Under the pieces are notes generated by a model, which saw only the letters and a program-made list of their open reading frames with translations, made no database searches and was not told where the DNA came from. A program made the translations under genes and the position numbers. Shown here piece by piece: positions 30,446 to 40,406 of a DNA stretch of 64,000 bases (position 1 is the stretch's first letter; every line of letters starts with the position of its first letter). The stretch is from a candidate division FCPU426 bacterium (GTDB lineage Bacteria > Oederibacteriota > Muellerivitia > Muellerivitales > Muellerivitaceae): the NCBI GenBank assembly GCA_963796105.1, contig CAWCKJ010000011.1, positions 32,001 through 96,000 on the forward strand, in the 5' to 3' direction.

Positions 30446-30737
30446 AAATGGGGCTGGGCGGCCAAAGCGCGACCGGCTCCACCTGTATGCACAAGTCCGA
30501 GCACTGTAGGCACAACCCGGACCCTTGTAGGCATGGACTGTAGGCGCACTCCAGGTCTCGGTCCGTGCCTACAGTGGCCCGATCCCATGCCACAGGGACC
30601 CGGACTTGTCACTGTAGGCACGAAAGACCCTCTGGATGCACGAGTCGGGGCCACAGTAGGCATGTCGCCGGAAAATCACTCGATGTCGCCGGGTATCTCC
30701 TGCCATGTCGCCGGGAAACCCCCAGTCCGACCCATTA
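30446..30737. repeat. Degenerate ~21-nt-period intergenic repeat array
   Basis: CTGTAGGCA-like units at 30483, 30504, 30525, 30612; inverted at 30565; ATGTCGCCGG at 30662, 30683, 30705. Confidence 0.75.
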
Positions 30738-30783
30738 AAGCCGAAAATACATTAGGGTCAGAGGATGGTTACGGAATTACGGT

Positions 30784-31908
30784 TTATTTATTCAATTCCC
30801 TTTCCCTCGCCCCAGCCAAGTCCGTGAAAAACCTCGCTTTTAAGAGGCCCTCTTCCCATTCCCCTTGCGCGGTGGAATCCCAGACAATCCCTCCCCCGAT
30901 CCCCATTTCCCCCCTACCTTTCCTGATCCGAAGGGTCCGAATGGGAATATTAAAAAAGAGGTCCTTATTGGGCTTTATGTATCCAATCGCGCCCGTATAG
31001 ATATTCCTCTTTTCCCTTTCCACTTCACGGATGATTTCCATGGCCCGGATCTTGGGCGCTCCCGTCACGGAACCCGAGGGAAAGACCGACCTGAACAAAT
31101 CCACCAGGGGCAGGTCCTCCTCCACCAGGCCGGTGACGGTGGAAGTCATCTGGAAGAGGGTCCGATAGGGGGTGATCTCGAAAAGCCTCGGCGCCCGGAT
31201 TCTCTTGCCGACCCTTCCCAGGTCGTTCCTCAGCAGGTCCGCGATCATGACATTTTCCGCCCTGTTCTTCTCGTCCCTCTGGAACCTCCATTTTTCCGTC
31301 AGGTCATTCAGGAAACCCTTGCCCCTTTGCCAGGTTCCCTTCATGGGCTTGGTCGTTATATGCTTCCCGGTCTTTTTAAGGAACAACTCGGGGGAAAGGG
31401 AAAGAATCGTGTCTTCCCCTGTTTCAATGAAAGCGGGATATGGAACAGGCTGTTTATCCTCCAGTGCGCGGTACAAGGAATAGGCGTCGCCCTCGAAATC
31501 GAACCCCAGTTTGATGCAGAAGGTGATCTGGTACACGTCCCCTGAGGCGATATAGTTTCGGATGGTCTCAATCCTGACCCCATACTCCTCCCTGGTCAGG
31601 TTCAACCGTAACCCAGAAAGGCCCAGCTTGGATGGGTTTGCCTGGGGTGGCTCCTGGAATTTTTCAGGGCCTTCATAACACCCGAAAAGAAGCAGGGGAA
31701 AACCGTCAGTTACTGGCGGAGAGAATTTCTTTTCCAAGCCATAGCCAGCCTCGAAAGAAAAGAATCCGGCCAGCCACAAACCCTCACCGAGGCTCTTTTC
31801 CATTTCCTCAAAAGCCACCGGGAGGCCTTCCGCCGTCCGGCAAGTGATCAACTTTCTAGGATTTTGGAAATAAAGGGGTTTTTTCTCGAACTCGATGAGA
31901 ATTTTCAA
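30784..31908 (-). CDS. pabB: Aminodeoxychorismate synthase component I
   Basis: GDVYQI, SPELF, KPMKGT, AENVMIADLLRNDLG, FPSGSVTGAPK, GGGIVWDS. Confidence 0.88.
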   Translation of the reverse strand: MKILIEFEKKPLYFQNPRKLITCRTAEGLPVAFEEMEKSLGEGLWLAGFFSFEAGYGLEKKFSPPVTDGFPLLLFGCYEGPEKFQEPPQANPSKLGLSGLRLNLTREEYGVRIETIRNYIASGDVYQITFCIKLGFDFEGDAYSLYRALEDKQPVPYPAFIETGEDTILSLSPELFLKKTGKHITTKPMKGTWQRGKGFLNDLTEKWRFQRDEKNRAENVMIADLLRNDLGRVGKRIRAPRLFEITPYRTLFQMTSTVTGLVEEDLPLVDLFRSVFPSGSVTGAPKIRAMEIIREVEREKRNIYTGAIGYIKPNKDLFFNIPIRTLRIRKGRGEMGIGGGIVWDSTAQGEWEEGLLKARFFTDLAGARERELNK

Positions 31909-31924
31909 TGGAGATGTCTTTGAC

Positions 31925-33121
31925 TCAGGTTGGATGATCTTTTATTTTGATTCCGCCCGATACTGTAGCGTTTCCCACGATCAAAACCAGGGGGGAATCC
32001 CAACCTTCCGGGGATACTTCCCCCAGCGTGGTCGAGAGCACCTTCTCATGGGGCAGGCTGGCGTTTCTCGTCAACACCACCGGCGTGGAAGGGGGCCAGC
32101 CCTCCGCCATGAGTTCCGAGACGATTTCCATGAGCCGGGAAGCCGCCATGTAGTAAACCAGGGTTTTTCCCTCGCAGGCCTTTTCCCCCTCCACGGCCCC
32201 TCTTCCCGTGCGCAAAACCACCTCGCTGGACACCCCCCTGTGGGTGAGCGAGACCCCCGCCGAGGCCGCGGCCGCGCTGGCCGCCGTGATCCCAGGCACG
32301 ATTTCCACCTCGATCCCCTGGCTTGTCAGGTGGGCAAGTTCCTCACCGGCCCGGCCGAATATCGCGGGGTCACCCCCCTTGAGCCGCACGACCTTTTCCC
32401 CCGCCAGGGCGGACTTGGCCAGTTCCTCGTTGATGGAATCCTGTTCCTGGGAGTGCTGGTTCTCCCTTTTTCCCACGTAAACCGCCCGGCCCTTGTACTT
32501 CCTCAGGATTTCCGGGTTGAGGAGGTCGTCGTAGAAAATCGAGTCGGCTTCCCGCAGGACGCGGTCCGCCTTGAAGGTCAAGAGTTCCGGGTCCCCAGGG
32601 CCGTAACCTACTAGAAAGACCTTCCCCGCGACATCTGCTTTTTTGGAAGCTGGAGGAATGGGCTTGGAGGTCTCCGGAAAGGCCCCGCCCTCGGCCAGGC
32701 GGCTGATGGCGTTCCGCCAGGCCACGGACCTGCGGGCGTCCGTGGCGTTGGATGTCACGGCCACCGACATGTCGCCTTCCCGGTAAACGGCGGGGGAAAT
32801 GAAATCACAGCCCTGGGGATCGTCCGCCACGTTGGCGGGAACTCCCCTGGCCCTGGCCGCCTCCCCGATTGTCCGGTTCACTTCCCGGTCGTCGGTGCAG
32901 GCGTAAACCAGGAAAACACCCTCCAGCAAATCCTCCCCGAAAGTCCTCTCCAGGCACTTCACGGGAAAGCGCCGCACCGCTTCCTGGATCTCGGGCGCGA
33001 CCACCAGGATGTCGTCGGCGTAATGGACCAGCGTGGCTAATTTCTGGACCGCGACCTTTCCTCCCCCGACCACCAGGATGCGCTTTCCCTGGACGCCCAG
33101 GCCTATCGGAAGGTAGTTCAT
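31925..33121 (-). CDS. cysG: Siroheme synthase (precorrin-2 dehydrogenase/chelatase fused to uroporphyrinogen-III methyltransferase)
   Basis: [47 protein letters not shown]. Confidence 0.9.
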   Translation of the reverse strand: MNYLPIGLGVQGKRILVVGGGKVAVQKLATLVHYADDILVVAPEIQEAVRRFPVKCLERTFGEDLLEGVFLVYACTDDREVNRTIGEAARARGVPANVADDPQGCDFISPAVYREGDMSVAVTSNATDARRSVAWRNAISRLAEGGAFPETSKPIPPASKKADVAGKVFLVGYGPGDPELLTFKADRVLREADSIFYDDLLNPEILRKYKGRAVYVGKRENQHSQEQDSINEELAKSALAGEKVVRLKGGDPAIFGRAGEELAHLTSQGIEVEIVPGITAASAAAASAGVSLTHRGVSSEVVLRTGRGAVEGEKACEGKTLVYYMAASRLMEIVSELMAEGWPPSTPVVLTRNASLPHEKVLSTTLGEVSPEGWDSPLVLIVGNATVSGGIKIKDHPT

Positions 33122-34920
33122 ATGACCACGTCCGGGATGACCCAGTCCTGTCCCAGCTTGTTGAGAACCTGTACCGCGGCCTGTTCGGGAGGAACAGCTG
33201 GGTCCAACTCAATGACGTTGGAGGCAACTTCGTTCCTTGAGCCGTTCCCGCCGAGTGAAAGAACCAAAACTCCCCCAGGGGCGCTTAGTTCCGCCAAGAC
33301 TGCCAAGTCGTCCTTGTCCAAATCCGGCAGGGTGCTGATAAAGATGAGACCAGCATCGGTCAAGATCCGCCCCAGTTCTCCCAGCCTGCGCAGTCTCTCC
33401 TCGCCTTTCTCGAAAGCGTCCCACACGTCCGAATCCAAACCCTGTTCCTGGCTGGCTGGCCCCAGGAAATAAGCCTGGTAGCCTTCTTTAAACAACAGCT
33501 TCTCGAGGGAATGCCCCAGGTCCCTGCACTTCTCGTCCGAGGCGCCCGCGATCACGATGAACTTGGAGCGGTGGCGGTTGCGTTCCGCCCTTTGGATGGG
33601 CTTGATGGCGCTGGTTTCCCAGGAGGATTCCCTCTTATTGACGTGCTCCCTGAGTGCCTGCCTTTCCCCCGGAAGGGATTCCAGAAGGATTCCCGCCCCA
33701 GCGATCTCGTACTGGTCCACCAGCACGAACCGACCGGTATGGCGCAGGTCCGATACCAGGTCGAAGGCCACGGGCTTGGCCGTTTCCAGCACCGCTTCCG
33801 CGACGTCGTGCCGGTCCACCTGCTCCTTGGTTTTGACGGTAGTGAGATCGGAAGCGTCCAGGACGTTCAATACCTTGATTAATTGGACGGACACCCTCGC
33901 CGTTCCGATCTTGAGCTTATAGCGTTTCCCCTTGATGAGGGGCGAGCGGCCCAGCCAGAAAAGATTCACACGGAACCGGGAACCCACCTTCGGCTGGGGT
34001 TCGCCCTTCCGGCAAAGGATCTCGCCAGGGCGGATATACAACTCGTCTTGGAGGGTGACCCCCGACGCCTGGCCAGCCACGAATTTTTCCAGGGACTTGG
34101 TGTGGAATGTCTCCAGGGTCGTGACTTTGCTTTCCTTGCCGGAGGGATGGAAAACCACCTCGTCTCCCGCTTTGAGCGAGCCTGTTTCCAGAGTTCCCGC
34201 GAAAATCCGGCGGTCGTCGTTGTTTTCCGTGAACTTGTAGATGTCCTGCACCGGGAAACGAAGGGGCAGGGCTTCCAGCCCCGGCTCCTTCTCGAAAGAA
34301 TCCAGATGGTCCACCAAAGTGGGGCCGTCCCACCAGGAAGCTTTGTTGGCGATGTTCTCCCCTTCCCTGGCGCAAATGGGAACGTAGGCCTTCGGGAAAA
34401 CCCCCAGGGGTCCCAGGAACTCGTTGTATTCCTTGCGCAGGTTCTCGAAAACCTTCAGGTCGTAACCCACCAGGTCCATCTTGTTGACCAGCACCACGAC
34501 CTGGCGGAGTCCCAGCATGGAAAGAAGGTACCCGTGGCGCCTCGTGTTCTCGCGAATGCCTTCCTTTGCGTCGATGACCAAAAGGGCGGCCTCGGCCCGG
34601 GCAGCGCCAGTCACCATGTTCTTGAGGAACTCCACGTGGCCCGGAGCGTCGCTGAGGACGTAGTCGCGCTTTTCCGTCTTGAAGAAACACCGCGCCGTAT
34701 CGATGGTGATGCCCTGGGCCTGCTCATCCTTGAGGGCGTCCAGGAGAAAGGCGTACTCAAAGGGCCTGGCGTTGCTCTTGCACCGGGCCTGGACCTGGGC
34801 GAGCTTTCCCTCCGGCAGGGAGCCGGTATCGGCCAGAAGCCGGCCGATCACGGTGCTCTTGCCGTGGTCCACGTGGCCCACCGCCACGACGCTTAAAAGT
34901 TCCCGGTCCTTATCCGCCAT
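33118..34920 (-). CDS. cysN: Sulfate adenylyltransferase large subunit with degenerate APS-kinase-like C-terminal domain
   Basis: [25 protein letters not shown]-terminal domain lacks a Walker A GK(S/T). Confidence 0.92.
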   Translation of the reverse strand: MADKDRELLSVVAVGHVDHGKSTVIGRLLADTGSLPEGKLAQVQARCKSNARPFEYAFLLDALKDEQAQGITIDTARCFFKTEKRDYVLSDAPGHVEFLKNMVTGAARAEAALLVIDAKEGIRENTRRHGYLLSMLGLRQVVVLVNKMDLVGYDLKVFENLRKEYNEFLGPLGVFPKAYVPICAREGENIANKASWWDGPTLVDHLDSFEKEPGLEALPLRFPVQDIYKFTENNDDRRIFAGTLETGSLKAGDEVVFHPSGKESKVTTLETFHTKSLEKFVAGQASGVTLQDELYIRPGEILCRKGEPQPKVGSRFRVNLFWLGRSPLIKGKRYKLKIGTARVSVQLIKVLNVLDASDLTTVKTKEQVDRHDVAEAVLETAKPVAFDLVSDLRHTGRFVLVDQYEIAGAGILLESLPGERQALREHVNKRESSWETSAIKPIQRAERNRHRSKFIVIAGASDEKCRDLGHSLEKLLFKEGYQAYFLGPASQEQGLDSDVWDAFEKGEERLRRLGELGRILTDAGLIFISTLPDLDKDDLAVLAELSAPGGVLVLSLGGNGSRNEVASNVIELDPAVPPEQAAVQVLNKLGQDWVIPDVVI

Positions 34921-34989
34921 CTTAACTTGCCTTTCTTTTCCTACTTTTCGATATCCAGCGCCCCATCGCGTGAGCACATCGGAGGTCTC

Positions 34990-35080
34990 AATTTTAAATT
35001 CTAGATTTTAAATTAATGAGGATTTCCGAAAGACGGAAATCAACCTGTAATTTAGAATTCAACATTTAAAATTTAAAATT
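34990..35080. repeat. AT-rich heptamer-based imperfect palindrome
   Basis: AATTTTAAATTCTAGATTTTAAATT ... AATTTAGAATTCAACATTTAAAATTTAAAATT with a central GATTTCCG/CGGAAATC hairpin. Confidence 0.7.
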
Positions 35081-35084
35081 ATTG

Positions 35085-35966
35085 TTACATGTATCCTTCT
35101 CTTCTCAGCGTCTCCAATCCCCCGCCGTCTTCCCGATCCTGTTCCCTCCCGCTTCTCTCAGCAATGTTGGAGAATTTCCCCGTCCTCAACTCAGTCAGGA
35201 TATCCGCCACGTTCTTGGCTTTCGATTCCACGGCGCTGGTGCAGGGCCAGCATCCCAGGGAGCGGTATCGCTTCCCATTCCCCTGGTCGAAATAAAGGGG
35301 CACCACCGGGATTTCCTCCCTTTCGATGTACTCCCAAATGTTCAGCTCGGTCCAGTCCAGGAGGGGGTGGATGCGCACGTGGGTTCCCGGGGCGAAATCA
35401 GTCTTGTAATGGTTCCACAACTCGGGGGGCTGGTCCGCGATGTCCCACTCGTTCTCGCGGTCCCGCGGCGAGAAGTACCGCTCCTTCGAGCGGCTCCCCT
35501 CCTCGTCCGCCCTCACCCCCGCGATAACGCCCGTATAGGCCTCCCGGTTGGCGTCCGGCGCGTATTTTTTCAGATTGTGGTCCATCCTCCATCGGGTCCA
35601 TTCCCCGGAAAGGGTATGCTTCAACGCCTCGCTTTTCAGGGACCTACAGCAGGCGAGGCGGTCCACCGCCCCGTCGGGAAAGGTTTTCTTGGCAGCCAGC
35701 GCCTCCCGGTTTTCCCCATAAACCATGTTCAAGCCCCATTCCAGGGCCAGCTTGTCGCGGTACTCGATCATCTCGGGAATCTTGAAATGGGTGTCGATAT
35801 GAACCAGCGGGAAGGGCACGTGCCCGAAGAAGGCCTTCCGGGCAAGCCAGAGCATGACCGTGGAATCCTTCCCGATGGACCAGAGCATGCAGAGGCTCTT
35901 GAACTCGCGGTAGGCTTCCCGGAGGATGTGGACGCTTTTAGATTCCAATCTTTCCAAATGATCCAT
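35085..35966 (-). CDS. cysD: Sulfate adenylyltransferase small subunit
   Basis: [41 protein letters not shown]. Confidence 0.95.
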   Translation of the reverse strand: MDHLERLESKSVHILREAYREFKSLCMLWSIGKDSTVMLWLARKAFFGHVPFPLVHIDTHFKIPEMIEYRDKLALEWGLNMVYGENREALAAKKTFPDGAVDRLACCRSLKSEALKHTLSGEWTRWRMDHNLKKYAPDANREAYTGVIAGVRADEEGSRSKERYFSPRDRENEWDIADQPPELWNHYKTDFAPGTHVRIHPLLDWTELNIWEYIEREEIPVVPLYFDQGNGKRYRSLGCWPCTSAVESKAKNVADILTELRTGKFSNIAERSGREQDREDGGGLETLRREGYM

Positions 35967-36000
35967 AAAGGTTCAATCACACCTTTCTAAAAATAGTCTC

Positions 36001-36170
36001 TAGCCACAGATGTGCCAATCTTCCATAAGGCTTATATGAAGATTGGTACGATACCGACCTCCTTAATTACTTATAGGAAGGTCGGCATGCATGGGATACA
36101 TGGGATTTAAAGCAAAATTTAATCATGTTTATCTTTATTTATCCCCCTGCATCCCCTGAATCTGTGGCAA
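36001..36170 (+). repeat. Nested palindromic element GCCACAGA...TCTGTGGC, copy 1
   Basis: 36001-36107 identical to 39955-40061; closing arm ATCCCCCTGCATCCCCTGAATC.GTGGC also shared. Confidence 0.93.
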
Positions 36171-36211
36171 AAACTTGGTTTTTTTAATTTAGAGGGTTAT
36201 GTCTTTTCCTC

Positions 36212-36922
36212 TTATCTCAAATGCAGGCCGCATTCCTTTTTTCCGGAATCTTCCCACCACCAGCGCCCGGCCCTGGAATCCTGGTTCGGCGCCACGGCCC
36301 TGGTGCAGGGGGCGCATCCCAGACTCCTGAACCCCTCGTCCTGGAGTTTGCAGTAGGGCACGTTTTTCTCTTTTAAATAGCCCCGGACTTTCTCCTCGGT
36401 CCAATCGTAGAGGGGGGAAATTTTCCAGAGCCCGTTGGCCTTGTCCCACTCAATAGGTTTCACCAAGGAGCGGTCGCCCGACTGTTCCCGCCTCAAGCCG
36501 CAGATCCAGGCGTCCATTCCCGCCAGGGCCTTCCGGAGGGGATTGACTTTCCTCACCCCACAGCAAGCCTTTCGGTTTTCCACGCTCAGGTAAAAAAGAT
36601 TGGGCCCCTTCTCCCGAACTAATTCCGCCAGTTCCACCGGGTCAGGGGCGTAAAGGTCGTAGGCGATCCCGTACTTTTCCGAGGTCTTTTGCATGACATC
36701 GTAAACTTCCGGGAACAAGCGTCCCGTGTCCAGGGTGAAAATCCGAAGTTTGAAGCCATGTCCGAAAATCAGATCGGTCAGGGCCTGGTCCTCCAAGCCG
36801 AAGCTGGTAGCCAGAGCTAGGCGGTCCGCACCGAAATGGGACAGGGCCTTCTCGATGATTTCCGCGGCAGTTTTTCCTTCGAGGTCGGCCAAATTTTCAG
36901 GTATTTTCGGTTCTTCGCTCAT
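36212..36922 (-). CDS. cysH: Adenylylsulfate (APS) reductase, thioredoxin-dependent, [4Fe-4S] type
   Basis: LDTGRL, CCGVRK and CAPC Fe-S ligands, RAGRW, KECGLH. Confidence 0.93.
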   Translation of the reverse strand: MSEEPKIPENLADLEGKTAAEIIEKALSHFGADRLALATSFGLEDQALTDLIFGHGFKLRIFTLDTGRLFPEVYDVMQKTSEKYGIAYDLYAPDPVELAELVREKGPNLFYLSVENRKACCGVRKVNPLRKALAGMDAWICGLRREQSGDRSLVKPIEWDKANGLWKISPLYDWTEEKVRGYLKEKNVPYCKLQDEGFRSLGCAPCTRAVAPNQDSRAGRWWWEDSGKKECGLHLR

Positions 36923-37060
36923 CCCGCAACCATCCTTTCAATTCCTCTTTAAAGCCACGGGCATTAGAGCTATTAACAAAATTAAAGTAATAATAAAGTG
37001 ATGCGCTTGATCGCACCGTGAGACTTTTTTAAATCTTTTTTTATTATTTTGATTTTCCCA

Positions 37061-37111
37061 CCGTGCCTCTGTGCGCCGTCGAAGACAGCCTGTAGTGAAA
37101 GTCTTTTTGTT
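37061..37111 (-). repeat. Intergenic TTCAC(C/T)ACAGG-hairpin-CACAGAGGCAC element, copy 2
   Basis: Reverse complement matches 39761-39811. Confidence 0.85.
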
Positions 37112-37119
37112 TAAAGTCC

Positions 37120-37350
37120 TTAGATAGAATAGTCCTCCGGGGGTGGTTTTCTCCCGAATTTCAGGCGGTCCCAGATTCTCTCATGCAAGAAATACCAAAA
37201 AATCTTGGTGAACAATTCCAAAAAACCGATGGAAAAGGCTGTTTTCAGGTGCCGCGTGACGATATACGTGATCACAATGGTATCGATCGTGCCAGTCACC
37301 CTCCAGGAAATGGCTTTGACCAGGCTGCGTATGTGCGTATCTACCGGCAA
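37120..37350 (-). CDS. DUF2061-type small membrane protein
   Basis: RSLVKAISWR...YFLHERIW; GGAGG RBS before TTG. Confidence 0.85.
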   Translation of the reverse strand: MPVDTHIRSLVKAISWRVTGTIDTIVITYIVTRHLKTAFSIGFLELFTKIFWYFLHERIWDRLKFGRKPPPEDYSI

Positions 37351-37406
37351 ATCAAGCCTCCCCTGATTTTTTCCCTCCGCAGCATCAGCGAAAAGGAGTA
37401 ACTATC

Positions 37407-37527
37407 AATCCCCCTTCGCCAAGGCTTCGGGGGATTTATCCACCCCTTTTTTCGAGAAATCCACCGTAGCAGGTAATTCCGTACTCATCCACGGCCAAGG
37501 CCGGGGTTTTCTGCGAAGGTGGATAAA
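37407..37527. repeat. REP-like hairpin plus IS200/IS605-like miniature palindromic element
   Basis: AATCCCCC-TTCGCCAAGGCTTC-GGGGGATT hairpin, then TTTATCCACC...GGTGGATAAA ends enclosing TCATCCACGGCCAAGGCCGGGG. Confidence 0.6.
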
Positions 37528-37529
37528 AC

Positions 37530-37565
37530 AAAAAACCCAAGCCGCTGTAAAAGCGGCCTGGGTTT
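37530..37565 (-). terminator. Intrinsic terminator in the leader of the cys operon (attenuator)
   Basis: AACCCAGGCCGC-TTTTACA-GCGGCTTGGGTT-TTTT on the minus strand, upstream of the first gene. Confidence 0.8.
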
Positions 37566-37686
37566 GGGGGATGTCCCGTCAACCAAAACCTCTTTAGCTC
37601 CCTGTTCATCCCGTCCCCTTGGTTGCTTCTACAAGGGCGGGAAACGCCGGTGCAATTCGGATACTAAAGCCTCGCGTGTCCTACTT
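37566..37686 (-). ncRNA. Candidate cis-regulatory leader RNA (riboswitch-like, SAM-II/V-like 3' motif)
   Basis: Structured leader ending ATGAACAGGGAGCTAAAGAGG, lying between a promoter and a terminator. Confidence 0.5.
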
Positions 37687-37691
37687 TTCGA

Positions 37692-37720
37692 AGAGTAATG
37701 ATCCGCGCACTTAAAGTCAA
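37692..37720 (-). promoter_or_regulatory. Putative sigma70 promoter of cys operon
   Basis: TTGACT-17 nt-TACTCT. Confidence 0.55.
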
Positions 37721-37902
37721 TACCTCGGGGTTATTTTCCAAGCTTGTCAATTCACCTTTCCAGGTTCATGCTATCCCCTTCGTGAAGAGGCCCATACGTG
37801 ACGGGGCTTGATTTCCACTGGAACGCGAAGATAGATTAATCGTAACGTAGGGGCTCAAAGTACAAACTTACCCCCAATTACGAGATGAGGAGGGGGGGAG
37901 CC

Positions 37903-39747
37903 ATGGCCGATCCATTCGATTTCAAACCGAATTTCAACACACCCGAGTCTGACCAAAGCAAAGAGGAAATCAACAAGCGCAATTCCGGCGGAGTGCGCGG
38001 AACCCTCCAGGCCGATTTCGCGGGCCCCAAGCAAGACCTGCCATGGGAATCAGAACAGCTGGCCAAATCCTACGGGGTTTACCTGGAATACAACCGAGCC
38101 CAAACCGGTACTGAGAAGGATTGGATCTACCTGATCCGCCTGTCGGTTCCGGGCGGGGGCCCCCTCAACAGGGACCAGTGGCTTCTCCTCGACGAGCTTT
38201 CCGAAAAATACACAAAGGGACCTGACGGTTTTTCCTCCCTCCGCCTCACGACCCGCCAGAACATCCAGTTCCACTGGGTGAAAAAAGAAAACGTGCCGGA
38301 AATCGTCCGCGCCACAGCCAAATCCGGCTTGTTCTCCCTGAACGGCTGCGGGGACAACGTCCGCAACACCATGTCCTGCCCCCTATCCCACGGCTCGAAA
38401 TTACTTGACGGCTCCCGTTGGGCCCAAATCGCCGCGGACTATTTCAGGCTTCCGGTCCAGCCCTTCATCGAGATCTTCTCCATCGACCCGAAATACGCCC
38501 GCCAGGAAGGCGAGACCTTCCGCTACGGCCCCCAGCTTTTGAACCGGAAATTCAAGATCGCCTTCTCCTCAATATATGAGAACCCGGAAACGGGTAAACT
38601 CACCCAGGACAATTGCGTGGAACTAAGGACCAACGACCTGGGGGTCTCCCCCATCCTGAGGGACGGGAAGGTCCAGTCTTTCCAGGTTTATGTCGGCGGG
38701 GGCCAGGGGGAGCGCAACGGCAAGCCCACCATGAGCGCCCTGGCCCAGCCCTTCGCGGTGGTGCCCGAAAAAAGCCTGCTCGCGGTTTTGGATGCCATCG
38801 TCCAAGTCCACCAGCAGTGGGGCGACAGGCAGAACCGCCATTGGGCCAGGGTGAAATATGTCGTGCGCAAGATGGGAATTCCCTGGTACCGCCAGCAGGT
38901 CGAGGAGCGGACAGGCCTCAAACTAGACCCGCCAGATCCCGGTCACGACTACGGGGCCCGGATGCTCCACCACGGCTGGCATGTCCATCCCTCCAACCGC
39001 CTCCTGGCCTACGGGGCCTTCATCGAGAATGGACGACTCTCCGACGGGGCCAAAAACGGCAGGTTGAAATCCATGGTCAGCCACTTGATGAAAACATTCC
39101 CCATCCAAGTCGCCATCACGCCCAACCAGGACCTTCTTTTCTCAGAAATCCCGATCAACGCGAAAAATGATTTTGAGAAGCAGATGAGCGGGTTTGAATA
39201 TGGGGCCCGTAATGGAACCCCCTATTCCGACCTCCGGAAACTTTCCGGCGCCTGCGTGGGAAGGGATACCTGCCGCTTGACCTACACCGATTCCGAACGC
39301 TTCGAGCCGGAGCTGATGGACCAATTGGAAGACATGGGCTGGGGCGGGATGAAGGAATCCATCGGAATCACGGGCTGCGAGAGACAGTGTTTCCGGCCCG
39401 GAACCAAGACCATCGGGCTGGTGGGAAGCGGCCTGAACCGATACCTGTTCAAGCTCATGGGCACTGAGGATGGGCGCCACCAGGGAGTTCCCCTGACATC
39501 GGAGGATGGGACCCTGACCTACCTGCATTCAGTGCCCCGTGACAAGGTGGCGGTCGTTATCGACGCGTTGTTCCGGTACTACCAGGAAAACAAGGCGGAG
39601 GGTGAAAGCATGGGCTATTTCCACCGGAGAGTGGAAACCTATTCCATCCTGCAATTTCTTCGGGAGGACCCCGCCACGGCGGAATTGATTAAAAGTCCCA
39701 AAAAAGGAACCGCTCCTTTTGATAATCCTGAGGGAGCCGGAAATTAG
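37903..39747 (+). CDS. Assimilatory sulfite reductase hemoprotein (siroheme/[4Fe-4S])
   Basis: LRLTTRQNIQFH, GCGDNVRN, RKFKIA, ACVGRDTC and TGCERQC ligands; divergent from cys operon. Confidence 0.9.
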   Translation: MADPFDFKPNFNTPESDQSKEEINKRNSGGVRGTLQADFAGPKQDLPWESEQLAKSYGVYLEYNRAQTGTEKDWIYLIRLSVPGGGPLNRDQWLLLDELSEKYTKGPDGFSSLRLTTRQNIQFHWVKKENVPEIVRATAKSGLFSLNGCGDNVRNTMSCPLSHGSKLLDGSRWAQIAADYFRLPVQPFIEIFSIDPKYARQEGETFRYGPQLLNRKFKIAFSSIYENPETGKLTQDNCVELRTNDLGVSPILRDGKVQSFQVYVGGGQGERNGKPTMSALAQPFAVVPEKSLLAVLDAIVQVHQQWGDRQNRHWARVKYVVRKMGIPWYRQQVEERTGLKLDPPDPGHDYGARMLHHGWHVHPSNRLLAYGAFIENGRLSDGAKNGRLKSMVSHLMKTFPIQVAITPNQDLLFSEIPINAKNDFEKQMSGFEYGARNGTPYSDLRKLSGACVGRDTCRLTYTDSERFEPELMDQLEDMGWGGMKESIGITGCERQCFRPGTKTIGLVGSGLNRYLFKLMGTEDGRHQGVPLTSEDGTLTYLHSVPRDKVAVVIDALFRYYQENKAEGESMGYFHRRVETYSILQFLREDPATAELIKSPKKGTAPFDNPEGAGN

Positions 39748-39760
39748 ACTTAGGACCACA

Positions 39761-39820
39761 AACAAAAAAGCTTTCACCACAGGCTGTCTTCGACAGCGCA
39801 CAGAGGCACAGGTATGAAAT
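39761..39820 (+). repeat. Intergenic TTCACCACAGG-hairpin-CACAGAGGCAC element, copy 3
   Basis: Matches 23848-23907 and 37061-37111. Confidence 0.85.
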
Positions 39821-39954
39821 ATTCCATATCCAAAGGGAAGTAAAACATCTCAATGTGTGGTGTGCAGCAAAAGGTTTGACGACAGGATTCTATGTTAAAT
39901 CCATACAGTTCAGGCCTTTTTAATCCCTAAAACACACCCGTCCAAAATAGTTTT

Positions 39955-40260
39955 TAGCCACAGATGTGCCAATCTTCCATAAGGCTTATATGAAGATTGG
40001 TACGATACCGACCTCCTTAATTACTTATAGGAAGGTCGGCATGCATGGGATACATGGGATTCAACAATCTAGATCGTGTCAATGGTTACACCATTGCGCC
40101 CGATGAGCATCATGGCCCTGCCTGTGGATCGTGGAAAAATTATTTTTTCCATCGGTCGTAGGCTGAGCCATAGGACACGATCGTAAAACTATTTTTCATT
40201 GTTCATTATTGATTTTGTTAATTTGTGTCGATCCCCCTGCATCCCCTGAATCCGTGGCAA
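39955..40260 (+). repeat. Nested palindromic element GCCACAGA...TCCGTGGC, copy 2, with extra 111-nt insert
   Basis: 107-bp identity to 36001-36107; insert 40072-40182 bounded by GATCGTGTC/GACACGATC. Confidence 0.93.
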
Positions 40261-40406
40261 AAGACTTGGTTTTGTTTAATTCGAACGACTTTTGACCCCA
40301 AAAAATGTTTCCATTGACCATATTGATATTTCCAGTCACTAGGCTGTAGGGTGAATGTCCGGCCTGCACCATATTGACCGTTAAATAAGTTAAAAAGGGG
40401 AGAAAG

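Noticed and set aside
30446..30737. Possible CRISPR array or short ORFs
   Set aside because: Cores of 9-10 nt with ~11-nt gaps, degenerate and partly inverted; no cas genes; ORFs lack recognisable features
33883..35990. Long antisense ORFs (also 8667-9425, 20100-20969, 40860-41840, 53025-53873)
   Set aside because: Typical high-GC shadow frames opposite well-supported genes
37530..37612. Leader-peptide attenuation for the cys operon
   Set aside because: The only obvious short ORF (MNRELKRFWLTG...) has no Cys/Met run and reads through the terminator
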